From: Kiritimatiellia bacterium
Lineage (GTDB): Bacteria > Verrucomicrobiota > Kiritimatiellia > RFP12 > UBA1067
Direction: 5' to 3'
Assembly (NCBI GenBank): GCA_051884805.1
Contig: JBJEWA010000135.1
Coordinates: forward strand, 7,464-71,463
DNA length: 64,000 nucleotides
The notes under the pieces: model-generated
Told to the model about the DNA's origin: nothing
Database searches by the model: none
What the model saw: the letters and a program-made list of their open reading frames with translations, nothing else
Shown here: positions 33,141 to 41,658 of the stretch, piece after piece
How positions within the stretch are numbered: the first letter of the stretch is position 1
How the letters are laid out: each line of letters begins with the position of its first letter
Made by a program: the position numbers and the translations under genes

Positions 33141-36100
33141 GACCTTTCTTGCCAGAGAATGCGAACCGGCCCCTTAAGCCCAGACGGCAAGGGCGAATCC
33201 GTGGGCTTCCAGGGGTTGTGGTTTGTGCTTGTAATTCTCTCCGAAGACGGCAAGCCCGCATCAAGCATCAGCCGATTGGGCCAGAGGTTCGTCACCTTGA
33301 CGACAAGCCTGTTCCCTTTCGCCTTGAGCGCTCCCTTGCACGCAAGCCGATAGGGCGACGTCCAGGCGACGCCTGCATTCCAGCCGTTGATCTGCACTTC
33401 CGCAACGTCATGCACTTGTCCAAGGTCAATGGAAGCCGAGCGATCGGGCGTCCATCCGTCCGGCATGTCAAAGCCAATCTCGTAAGTTGCAGTCCCCGAA
33501 TAATGACGAATCCCGGCCGCCTCAAAAGACGTCCAGTCCTTCAACTCCGTCATGACGACCGGCTTCTCCGGACCACCCAAGGCACGATCAAAACTCACCG
33601 TCCACGCTCCGCCTACGGTCAGCGAGCGTTCGGACAACCTGTCGCAAGGCCGACTCGGACGATCCGAAAGCACGACAAACGCCGATCCATACGGCGCCAG
33701 CGAAAGCTCAACTTCAACGCCGCCGTTGCGCCTCGCACTCGGCAGTGCGGTCTTTTGTCCGTCAACTGCATTCCAAAGCTCGGCATGGGGATGAGCGGAC
33801 CTCAACACTGCGCGAAGCGGCCTCGCCTCCGACGACGCATTGGCGAGGAAGTAAACATCTTCATCCGGCAAGATGCGATGGATCCAACCGATCCCCCTCG
33901 CCCCGTCACCAACCGCCGCAAAGTCCGGCGACAGCTCCGCCCTGACGGGGCCGACCTCCTCCATCACGCGCCCGCAACCAACGGTCCGGACGCCATCGGC
34001 TTTACGTGCGGTCCCCCACAAGGCATCGATTGTCGGCGAAAGGCCTTCGGGGCGCTCGCCGATCACTGTCGCGCCGGCCATGACGAGTTCGTGCAATTTC
34101 CGCAAGGCCTTCTCGCCAATGCGATGACGAACGAACGGATACGTCTTGATCGTCCGCTTCCCCGGCTCAAGATTTCGCCGAGACTCCGGATTCCGCCGGG
34201 AAAGGACAATCACCTTGTAACGCATGCCGCACGGCAGGACAACCTCACCATCCTCGACATGCGCCTGCAGCAACAGTTCCGTCGGACAGTAATCGTAATC
34301 ATAGCCCTCTCCCAGCCCTTCCCGAGGATCCTTCGTGCCCACAAACAAGCCGACCGCGTCACCTGCATATACCAGGGCGTCGGCCGCGAAGCGCCCTCGG
34401 GACAGCATCCACGAACATCTGGCGAGATAATCGTTGAAGGCCTTTGACTGTTCGAACCAGGTCAATTGGGGATTGTAGTGGATGCCGACGTCGCGAACCT
34501 TTCCCGGCTTGTCTTCAAGGGAAGGCGAAAGCATCATTCCATGATAGCAGACCCGCGTCATCCCGTCGCAGAAAGCGCGATCGGCACACGGCTTCAAATG
34601 CGCCGGCGATTCAGTCCAATAGGTGCCGATGGTCGTAAAGGCTTCGGCCAGCGTTTCTCCCAGACCGTAGACGTGCGCCGCATTCGCCGCATCCCGCACC
34701 ATGAAGCGCTGCGTCTCGGCGGGCCGATGTGCGCACGGCATCCAGCATTCGCCCATGGCAACGTCGCATCGTCCCTGCATCTGCCGGACGTCCCCATGCC
34801 GTTGATGCGGCCCGGCCGCCTCTGCAATGGAAACGAGTCCATGCCGATTCGCGACTTCCTTCTGGTAGCCGTAGTGATTGTCGGCAATGAGCTCGCCGAT
34901 CGTCAGATCAAAATCCCGCTCAAACCGAAGCCGCTGTTCGGCATCTCCGACTGCGACCCCCGCCTTGACCGCCAACCACGGAACGACTTCGTACCCGCGT
35001 CTTTGCCGAAACTCTTCGGCAAAGGACTTCGTCCAGCTCACCGTCCCCGCCTCCCAACTGTCACACATCACCCCCTTCAAGGCCGCACGCTCGTTTCCCT
35101 TCAGGACGGCCAGCAACGGATCCATCACACGTTTCCAGTGTGCATCGAAAGCCTCCTTGCTCATGTGATCGATATAGCATCCGGTCCACCCGAACTTCTT
35201 GGGCACGGCTCCCACGCGCACAATCGTCCACACGCCGTCAGGTGCGTCCCAGACAAGTTCATCGGTTTCGCGCTCCATGCAGGCCGAGACATCGACGACC
35301 TGAGCGACCGACACCGGGGAACCGCCTGCCGGAACGGCCAGTACGGCAACGTCCCAATACTTGACGGGAACGCCGTTTTCGTCCGTCGGAGTTTCCTTGA
35401 CGCCCCTTTTCGGAAGGCGGACGCGCACTTTGCTGCCACCGGCGATCCGCGCCTGCGTAAAGACCAGGTCTTTTTGCGCATTCGACAAATCGGTGTCGCG
35501 ATGTCCGCACCCGGCCGCCCCGATGCAGATCACCGCCTGGAGGCCAAGACGGCCGGCCTCCGCAAGCGCCCGCTTCACCTTCTTGACCCACGCGGGATTC
35601 GTCGCACTGCCTCCGTAAATGTGAAATTCCGCAACCCCGACCCGCGCCAGTCCCTCCAGGTCTCGCGTAATCGCGGCATCGGACGCCGACGGATCAAACC
35701 ACCACCAGACGGCAGGGCGATTGGCGGCAGGAGGCGAAGCAAACAGATCCGCCTCCGAGTCGCTCGCCCGGATCACCGTCTTGAAACCATTGATGGAGAC
35801 GTTCCGCTCGTCGCAATTCGCGAAACGATTGCGCCGGAAGACAATTCGACCATGAATCTTCGGCGTTCTCGCGTCGCCGTAAGTCCATCGGTTGACGCCG
35901 GAGCGGAAGGGATGGCGCACGCTGTCGAACAGATTGTCCTCGACGATGATTTCGCCGATGCGTCCGAACTCGTACCAGTAGTCGATGAGATCCGTAGCCA
36001 GGATCCCTCCTGTCAGCTTCCTGAAAACGTTGTCCTTGATCACGATCCTGCCCCGACCGGACAAGCGGATATGCGGCACGTTGTCGAACACGTTCCCGCG

Positions 36101-37291
36101 CAGCGTCACGTTCGGCGATTGGGTCGTATTCTCCACGAGCATGCCGACGACGGCCGGCGAAAGCTTCCGATCGAGTTCGACGACACACCACTGGCCTTCT
36201 TCGTCCCTTGAGACAAACTCGACGGCCCTGGCGGAGCAAAGTATCGAGCAATCGTTCGTGTTGACGACATCAAGCGCGTCCCCGGGACGATAGGGAAAGA
36301 ATCCCCGCTGCCCGACGTGCATCACGTCAAGCCTGACCTGATTTCCGCAAACCGATGCGATCCGGTGGTAATTGCCATGGACATTGCAGCCGTCATCCTG
36401 CGAGTCCCGGAACGAGCAATTCTCCACCAGCACCTCGCCTTCGCAATTCGTAAACATGACATCGTCAGCCGTCGTGGTCACACGGTCCTCCCCATACGGC
36501 TTGGTGGAACAGGCGCACACCACCATATTGCTGCAAAGCTGTGCCGCGATTCCCATTCCGACAAAGCGCGAAATCGTCACGTTTTCCACTCTGACATTCC
36601 GGCAGTTTTCGAAAAAAAGGCCGACGCACTCACGACTCGCGCCCAAGGCAAAGTTAACCGTCTCGCCGACGTCGAAGGCGCAATTCTCGCTCTTCGGATG
36701 AGCGTCCGGACGGTAATCGAACCGAATGAGCCCTTTCTTGATCTCTTTCGCGCTCACGGCCATAAACTTGGCCGCCAGCGCATCCTTGTCTCCTTTTGCC
36801 GAGTCGGTGAACACATAGCGAATCCGCATTCTATCCAACGAATGGAAAGAGAGTACGCGGACGCCATTCCACGTGCCGTCCGGCCGCCGAAAGTCAACAT
36901 CTCCATCCGCGACTCGGTACGCGACATCGCTTTCAAGCCGAATCGAAAAGCCGCGTTCGTCCTTGTCCGCAATTTTGAACTGGACCAAACCCGGATGCAC
37001 ATTGCGAATTGAGAAATTCTTGAGCGTGACATTCGTGCAGCCCCTGACCAGAAAGGGAAAGACGCCGTTCTCAAAAACATACTCTTCTCCACCTCCGTCA
37101 AACACGTAGTCTTTTTCACCGACAATCGGAAACGCAACGTGCCGCATTCCCCGCGTATTGTTGCTGGCCTCTACGAGCATCTGCCTGGTCTCGCGGAGCG
37201 AGACCGTCTTCGCTCCGAATGCCGCGATCGCCGGCAGGGCAAAAACAAGCGACAAAAACCCCTTCCTCATGATTTTCACTCTTCTTGGCAT
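33137..37291 (-). CDS. 1384-aa secreted chimera: N-terminal right-handed beta-helix domain + C-terminal large glycoside-hydrolase module (GH106/GH2-like with galactose-binding-like tail)
   Basis: Beta-helix repeats occur in the first ~470 aa. These are followed by …PPAANRPAVWWWFDP…, a TIM-like core, and the C-terminal …VAEVQINGWNAGVAWTSPYRLAC…NRLVVKVTNLWPNRLMLD. The start could instead be MRKGF (37270). Confidence 0.75.
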   Translation of the reverse strand: MPRRVKIMRKGFLSLVFALPAIAAFGAKTVSLRETRQMLVEASNNTRGMRHVAFPIVGEKDYVFDGGGEEYVFENGVFPFLVRGCTNVTLKNFSIRNVHPGLVQFKIADKDERGFSIRLESDVAYRVADGDVDFRRPDGTWNGVRVLSFHSLDRMRIRYVFTDSAKGDKDALAAKFMAVSAKEIKKGLIRFDYRPDAHPKSENCAFDVGETVNFALGASRECVGLFFENCRNVRVENVTISRFVGMGIAAQLCSNMVVCACSTKPYGEDRVTTTADDVMFTNCEGEVLVENCSFRDSQDDGCNVHGNYHRIASVCGNQVRLDVMHVGQRGFFPYRPGDALDVVNTNDCSILCSARAVEFVSRDEEGQWCVVELDRKLSPAVVGMLVENTTQSPNVTLRGNVFDNVPHIRLSGRGRIVIKDNVFRKLTGGILATDLIDYWYEFGRIGEIIVEDNLFDSVRHPFRSGVNRWTYGDARTPKIHGRIVFRRNRFANCDERNVSINGFKTVIRASDSEADLFASPPAANRPAVWWWFDPSASDAAITRDLEGLARVGVAEFHIYGGSATNPAWVKKVKRALAEAGRLGLQAVICIGAAGCGHRDTDLSNAQKDLVFTQARIAGGSKVRVRLPKRGVKETPTDENGVPVKYWDVAVLAVPAGGSPVSVAQVVDVSACMERETDELVWDAPDGVWTIVRVGAVPKKFGWTGCYIDHMSKEAFDAHWKRVMDPLLAVLKGNERAALKGVMCDSWEAGTVSWTKSFAEEFRQRRGYEVVPWLAVKAGVAVGDAEQRLRFERDFDLTIGELIADNHYGYQKEVANRHGLVSIAEAAGPHQRHGDVRQMQGRCDVAMGECWMPCAHRPAETQRFMVRDAANAAHVYGLGETLAEAFTTIGTYWTESPAHLKPCADRAFCDGMTRVCYHGMMLSPSLEDKPGKVRDVGIHYNPQLTWFEQSKAFNDYLARCSWMLSRGRFAADALVYAGDAVGLFVGTKDPREGLGEGYDYDYCPTELLLQAHVEDGEVVLPCGMRYKVIVLSRRNPESRRNLEPGKRTIKTYPFVRHRIGEKALRKLHELVMAGATVIGERPEGLSPTIDALWGTARKADGVRTVGCGRVMEEVGPVRAELSPDFAAVGDGARGIGWIHRILPDEDVYFLANASSEARPLRAVLRSAHPHAELWNAVDGQKTALPSARRNGGVEVELSLAPYGSAFVVLSDRPSRPCDRLSERSLTVGGAWTVSFDRALGGPEKPVVMTELKDWTSFEAAGIRHYSGTATYEIGFDMPDGWTPDRSASIDLGQVHDVAEVQINGWNAGVAWTSPYRLACKGALKAKGNRLVVKVTNLWPNRLMLDAGLPSSERITSTNHNPWKPTDSPLPSGLKGPVRILWQERS

Positions 37292-37312
37292 GGCAAATCA
37301 AACTACGGTGCA

Positions 37313-37321
37313 AGTATAGCA
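37313..37321 (-). promoter_or_regulatory. extended -10 box TGcTATACT for the 37291->28695 operon
   Basis: The minus strand reads TGCTATACT, 21 nt upstream of ATG 37291. Confidence 0.4.
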
Positions 37322-37370
37322 AATCAAACCTATCAAATTGCGAAATAAAACCTTTCACAAAAAGAACACT

Positions 37371-37400
37371 TTGTGATGCACCCGACTTTTGTGGTATACT
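37371..37400 (+). promoter_or_regulatory. sigma70-like promoter TTGTGA-N18-(TGg)TATACT, 7 nt upstream of ATG 37408 (leaderless candidate)
   Basis: Read directly. Confidence 0.45.
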
Positions 37401-37407
37401 CGTCATC

Positions 37408-38571
37408 ATGAGCGAATCACGACGCGTTCTTGTCGCCCTCGACTGGAGGTTTCGGTCGGTGAGGGAAATCACCACCGGCATTCTTGACTACGCCTCGCGC
37501 AAGACGAACTGGGATGTTCGGATCTTCGGCAACGATCCCGAGAGTTCGTTCTCCGTCTTCAACCCCGGATGGCGGCCCGACGGAATCATCGGCAACCCCG
37601 ACCATCTCGATTCCGAATACCAGCGCCCGCGCATCACGGCGCGTCACAATCTGTACTTCAGCACGCGGACAAAACTGCGGAACACCAAGTCCGCCCGTTG
37701 GGTCCTGGCCGACAACACGACCATCGGACGGATGGCGGCAGAGTTCTTCCTTAAGCGCCGATTCATCCATTTCGCCTTCGTGGGATCGCTCAACGGCGAA
37801 GCATGGTCGGAAGAGCGCTTCACCGCCTTCTCCGAAACGCTGGCCGACAAGCACTTCGTTCCGTTCCGCTACCGACCGGAGATCGGCCCGCCGACGGACT
37901 GGCATGTCGAACGCGATTCGCTCGGCAAATGGCTCGGTACGCTGCCGCATCCCTGCGCCTTGTTCGCCGCCTGCGATGCGCGCGCCCGACACGTCCTTGA
38001 GACCTGTCGCTTTCTCCAGATTGCCATTCCCGAACAGATTGCCGTCCTCGGGGCGGACAATGACGAAATCCTCTGCGAACTCTCGAATCCGACGTTGTCC
38101 TCAATCGAACTTGGGTTTGCCGAGGGAGGAAGAATCGGCGCCGAAATCCTCGACCGCATGATGAGCGGCGAGACCGCGTCCGTTCCGCTCGTTTCGCGCT
38201 ACGGCGCACGCCACATCGTCGAACGCATTTCAACCGCCGACAATCATGGATCGCAACGCGCGGTCGTACTCGTCCAAGAGATCATCCGCCGACGGATTAA
38301 GGATCCGGCACTCAACGTTGACACCATCGCCGAGGCCATCAACTGCTCCACACGCCATCTCCAGAAATGCTTCCGCTCAGTCCGAGGCTCGACGGTTCTC
38401 CAGGAGATTCACAACGCCCGTCTTGAACAAGTTCGTCACCTACTCAGGGAAACGCGCATCCCGATTGATGAAATCCACGCTCGTTGCGGATTCTCCAGCA
38501 GCCAGACGCTGAAACGAATCTTCAAGAAGCGCTTCCATCAAACGATGAGCGCCTATCGCAACAGCCATTGA
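37408..38571 (+). CDS. XylR-like transcriptional regulator (sensor domain + AraC HTH), paralog of 6103..7335
   Basis: Same architecture as its paralog. The C-terminus is INCSTRHLQKCFRSVRGSTVLQEIHNARLEQVRHLLRETRIPIDEIHARCGFSSSQTLKRIFKKRFHQTMSAYR. Confidence 0.85.
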   Translation: MSESRRVLVALDWRFRSVREITTGILDYASRKTNWDVRIFGNDPESSFSVFNPGWRPDGIIGNPDHLDSEYQRPRITARHNLYFSTRTKLRNTKSARWVLADNTTIGRMAAEFFLKRRFIHFAFVGSLNGEAWSEERFTAFSETLADKHFVPFRYRPEIGPPTDWHVERDSLGKWLGTLPHPCALFAACDARARHVLETCRFLQIAIPEQIAVLGADNDEILCELSNPTLSSIELGFAEGGRIGAEILDRMMSGETASVPLVSRYGARHIVERISTADNHGSQRAVVLVQEIIRRRIKDPALNVDTIAEAINCSTRHLQKCFRSVRGSTVLQEIHNARLEQVRHLLRETRIPIDEIHARCGFSSSQTLKRIFKKRFHQTMSAYRNSH

Positions 38572-38615
38572 CGCCGCATACGCGAATCTTGAAATGTTCA
38601 AAAGCCAATGTCGCG

Positions 38616-38675
38616 GACAAGCCCTGCGGCATAAGGACAAGTCCTGCGGCATAAGAACAAGTCCTGCAGCATAAA
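38616..38675. repeat. 3 x 20-bp tandem direct repeat (GACAAGyCCTGCrGCATAAG)
   Basis: Units at 38616-35 gacaagccctgcggcataag, 38636-55 gacaagtcctgcggcataag and 38656-75 aacaagtcctgcagcataaa. Confidence 0.85.
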
Positions 38676-38807
38676 GGGATGCGACGGCCCCATCAGCGGA
38701 CGAAACCGATAATCGGCAATATTCATCCGTTATCCGCCAATTTCCAGCACCCCGCCGAGGGCCTGTCCCTCCACAGCCTTTCGCCAAGCGTAAGTTTTGT
38801 GTTGCGG

Positions 38808-39644
38808 CTAGAGATTGAACTCGCACTGGCGAGCGGAAATTCTCGGAAACGGCGCGATGCCGATAATCGTCCACGGGTTAGGCATATGCCGACGCTGAAA
38901 CTGCAGCATGGTTCCCATGTAGAGATGAAGGTCGATCTTATCTGCATTCAGGAATTCGATGCCGTACTTCTCCTTCACCGACTCCCTCGCCTGCTCTTCG
39001 GATCCTAGCCTCTTCTTCTCTCCGATGAAAAGCGTCCCCAGCTCCCAGTCGAGTATCTTGTGCGTTGACTTCTCTCCGTCGGCATCAGTAATCTCGTACT
39101 TGAAGTCGTAGGGTATTCTTTCGACACGTCGAAACTCCAACCGCCATTCTTCGGCGTGGAATAAATCCAGCTGCCTTATCTCTTCCGTAACCGTCTCCGG
39201 TTTTTCATCATCGGCCTTAGCTGTTTCACACCGCAGCCGAACTGAAGTCGGTCGAAAGATGGCGAGACTGCCTGAATTCTTCTCGACGAGTTCCCGAAGA
39301 TCTGCGAACCGCGTATAGACGGCGGCCTTGTCGAGTATCGCCCGTCGCCGCTGTTCCCTCTTGTTCTCGGTCCCGATCCTGTCCCTGGGATAGATTCGCT
39401 GGTCACGATCAATGTGTCGACTTTCTGGACGGGGATCGTTCGCCTTGTAGGTCTCGCACTCGATCCACTGGTATTTGCAGAACTTCTGATCGTCGCTATA
39501 AAGGCGGAAGGATATCGGAAATATTCTGACCCACGATCCGTCGGCGCGGATTCCTGCCGTACAGACCGTCTCGATATATTTCCTTGAAGCGCAGGGATAA
39601 GTCTTGACGAGAATCAGCACCCTGTCCTGTTTCAGATCTTCCAT
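38808..39644 (-). CDS. 278-aa hypothetical protein (no family recognised)
   Basis: Start MEDLKQDRVLILVKTYP..., 11 nt after the upstream stop, with an AAGG SD. Cys-containing N-terminal region and a highly charged middle. Confidence 0.6.
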   Translation of the reverse strand: MEDLKQDRVLILVKTYPCASRKYIETVCTAGIRADGSWVRIFPISFRLYSDDQKFCKYQWIECETYKANDPRPESRHIDRDQRIYPRDRIGTENKREQRRRAILDKAAVYTRFADLRELVEKNSGSLAIFRPTSVRLRCETAKADDEKPETVTEEIRQLDLFHAEEWRLEFRRVERIPYDFKYEITDADGEKSTHKILDWELGTLFIGEKKRLGSEEQARESVKEKYGIEFLNADKIDLHLYMGTMLQFQRRHMPNPWTIIGIAPFPRISARQCEFNL

Positions 39645-39655
39645 GGATTGAGCCT

Positions 39656-40567
39656 TCAGATTAGTTCGCCCTCGACACCCGTGCGTTCTGCGATAGCGTT
39701 CAGAACCCGCGTTCGGTGGCACTGCGCGGGATTCGCTTCGAAGCACGTGAGGGCGATGTGCCGCCCGCCCTCGACGAGCCGCGCCAGGACATCCACCGTA
39801 TCACCGACACGCGGCAGCACGGTCTTCTCATAACGTGCAAAGAGTTCATCGTAGTCAGACTGATACCTGAGATCGGTCCGCTCGAAACTCGGTATTCCCA
39901 GTTCGGGGAAATGGCGGTACTCGATGCCAAGCCCCTCGCAGGCATTCTGCAGCGTCGATTTTGAGAATCCGTACTTGCGGCTGATCGGATTCCTGCGTAC
40001 GTCACAGAGAACCTCCACGCCGTTGCGTATGAGCGCATTCAGGTAGTTCTCGAAGGAACGCCCCTCATAACCGATGGACGCCAGGGAAACGCTCTTCGTC
40101 GGGCGTGCCGCCTCGATGGCGGCCATGGCCGCCGTGTCGTCCTTCAGCACAATGTCCCTGATCTCGCTGTTGATCGCCCAGTAGGGGAACTTCCGATAGA
40201 CGTCGGCAATGAGATCTTTTCCGCGCAGCGGATAGTCTTTGCGGAATCGCATGAAGCGTGTGGCCGTCGCACGCTTCGACCAGACGCAGATCTCACCTTC
40301 CTCCGTCAGCATCCATGTCTTGTGGTCTGAATCGCACGGATTGCGCGCCTTGAGCAGACCCTTTTGGGCGAGCCGGTGGACATCCTGCGAAAGGGTGGGA
40401 GAATAGCAGCCTTGCCGATAAGGGATGAAGTCGTAGGACGGAACATCCTCCTCAAGCCGCGTGTACATGAACATGAGCTTCTGAATCTCAATCGGCCTCA
40501 GTCCATCGGACTCCGTCCCGATGAGCGCCAGGATGTGACTCTCCTGTGCAGCAGTCATTTCAGACAT
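39656..40567 (-). CDS. fusion protein: N-terminal wHTH/Panacea(DUF4065)-like domain + C-terminal DUF488 domain
   Basis: The C-terminal half SIGYEGRSFENYLNALIRNGVEVLCDVRRNPISRKYGFSKSTL...GIEYRHFPELG...ALTCFEANPAQCHR matches DUF488. The N-terminus IEIQKLMFMY...YDFIPYRQGCYSPTLSQDVHRLAQKGLL is the basis of a weak Panacea-like call. Confidence 0.65.
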   Translation of the reverse strand: MSEMTAAQESHILALIGTESDGLRPIEIQKLMFMYTRLEEDVPSYDFIPYRQGCYSPTLSQDVHRLAQKGLLKARNPCDSDHKTWMLTEEGEICVWSKRATATRFMRFRKDYPLRGKDLIADVYRKFPYWAINSEIRDIVLKDDTAAMAAIEAARPTKSVSLASIGYEGRSFENYLNALIRNGVEVLCDVRRNPISRKYGFSKSTLQNACEGLGIEYRHFPELGIPSFERTDLRYQSDYDELFARYEKTVLPRVGDTVDVLARLVEGGRHIALTCFEANPAQCHRTRVLNAIAERTGVEGELI

Positions 40568-40609
40568 TCCCCCAGCCGACAGATATGGGTAGCGTTGCTC
40601 ATTCTTTGC

Positions 40610-40618
40610 AGTGTAGCA
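40610..40618 (-). promoter_or_regulatory. extended -10 box TGcTACACT, 7 nt upstream of a 15-codon uORF ATG (40602)
   Basis: The minus strand reads TGCTACACT-gcaaaga-ATG. The uORF stop (40557-40555) forms ATGA with the in-frame ATG at 40558. Confidence 0.35.
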
Positions 40619-40735
40619 CAACCGAAGGCCGACGTCAACGGGTCTCAGTGCGCATTCGAAACGATGGAAAGTGTAATATCTAATGGAACACTTTTCTATG
40701 ATGGAGTACCAAAATTGACTTCTCCGCGAACGCGG

Positions 40736-41101
40736 TCAGAATACGGACGGGAGATCCCGGCACGGGGCGTCCTGCCAGTTCAGGAGCGCTTCGCCCGCCG
40801 AGGTCCCATCTCCGCCGCCGCAGAGATCGAGCCCGTCGAGTTCGCACAGGACGGCAATCACCCCCTCAACATCCGATTCGGCCACGCCCCCGGGCAGTCC
40901 GCGCGACACCGGCAGCAGAACGGCCGCTGCCAGCATGGCCGCCGCCAGCCCCGCCCCCCGCCGCAGACAACGCGCACGGCGACGGCGACAGGCCTCCCGC
41001 GACGCCAGGGCCATGATGGCCGGCAGCCCGCAGCCCGCAGGCGAGACGGACTCTTCCAACGCCCTGCGGACGCGCTCCGCCAGTTCCACGTCTTCGGTCA
41101 T
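40736..41101 (-). CDS. anti-sigma factor (single TM)
   Basis: ATGA overlap with the ECF sigma stop. Short cytoplasmic N-terminus, RRRR + TM segment GAGLAAAMLAAAVLLPV, then a small C-terminal domain. Confidence 0.6.
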   Translation of the reverse strand: MTEDVELAERVRRALEESVSPAGCGLPAIMALASREACRRRRARCLRRGAGLAAAMLAAAVLLPVSRGLPGGVAESDVEGVIAVLCELDGLDLCGGGDGTSAGEALLNWQDAPCRDLPSVF

Positions 41102-41658
41102 GACTTCCCTCCCAACGACTTTCGCAGGCGAACGGTCGCCACATGCATCCACGTCAGCGCCGTTCCCAATGGTATGCCCAACTCCTCGGCGATCTCCCGG
41201 AAGGAAAGCTCGCCCTCAATGCGCATCAAAAGCACCGTTCGCGGCCCCTCCGGCAACGTCCGCACGGCGCGGCGCACCTCCTCCGCCGTTCCGCGCAGCT
41301 CCAGCACCGCACTCGGCGAAGGCGCCCCGTCAACCAGCGTCTCCGCTAGGCTCACGCCGTTTTCACCGACGGCATCGAGACTGCACGTCGGCCGGCCATT
41401 TCGCCGGAAACGGTCGATCACGACCGTACGCGCGATCCGCGCCAGATACGCCCGAACCGAGCCGCCGCGAAACGACCGGCACCCCTTGATCACCCGCACC
41501 CAGACCTCCTGAAACGCATCCTCGGCCTCGACGTCGGAAGCCGTCAGACCGCGCAGAAACGCCTTCAGCCAGGTCGTGTTGCGGACAACCAGCGCCGAGA
41601 GCGACATGACGTCGCCCCGACGCGCATAGGCGAGCAGCTGCTGCCCGTCTTCGGTCAT
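41098..41658 (-). CDS. ECF (sigma-70 family group 4) RNA polymerase sigma factor
   Basis: Region 2 is EDAFQEVWVRV...YLARIARTVVIDRFRR. Region 4 is LPEGPRTVLLMRIEGELSFREIAEELGIPLGTALTWMHVATVRLRKSL. Confidence 0.9.
   Translation of the reverse strand: MTEDGQQLLAYARRGDVMSLSALVVRNTTWLKAFLRGLTASDVEAEDAFQEVWVRVIKGCRSFRGGSVRAYLARIARTVVIDRFRRNGRPTCSLDAVGENGVSLAETLVDGAPSPSAVLELRGTAEEVRRAVRTLPEGPRTVLLMRIEGELSFREIAEELGIPLGTALTWMHVATVRLRKSLGGKS

Larger units (their letters stand above)
38600..40735. other. second AT-rich (relative to flanks) insert carrying a two-gene module
   Basis: The composition shift is visible by eye. The insert is bounded by the tandem repeat on the left and the ECF sigma operon on the right. 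Confidence 0.5.
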
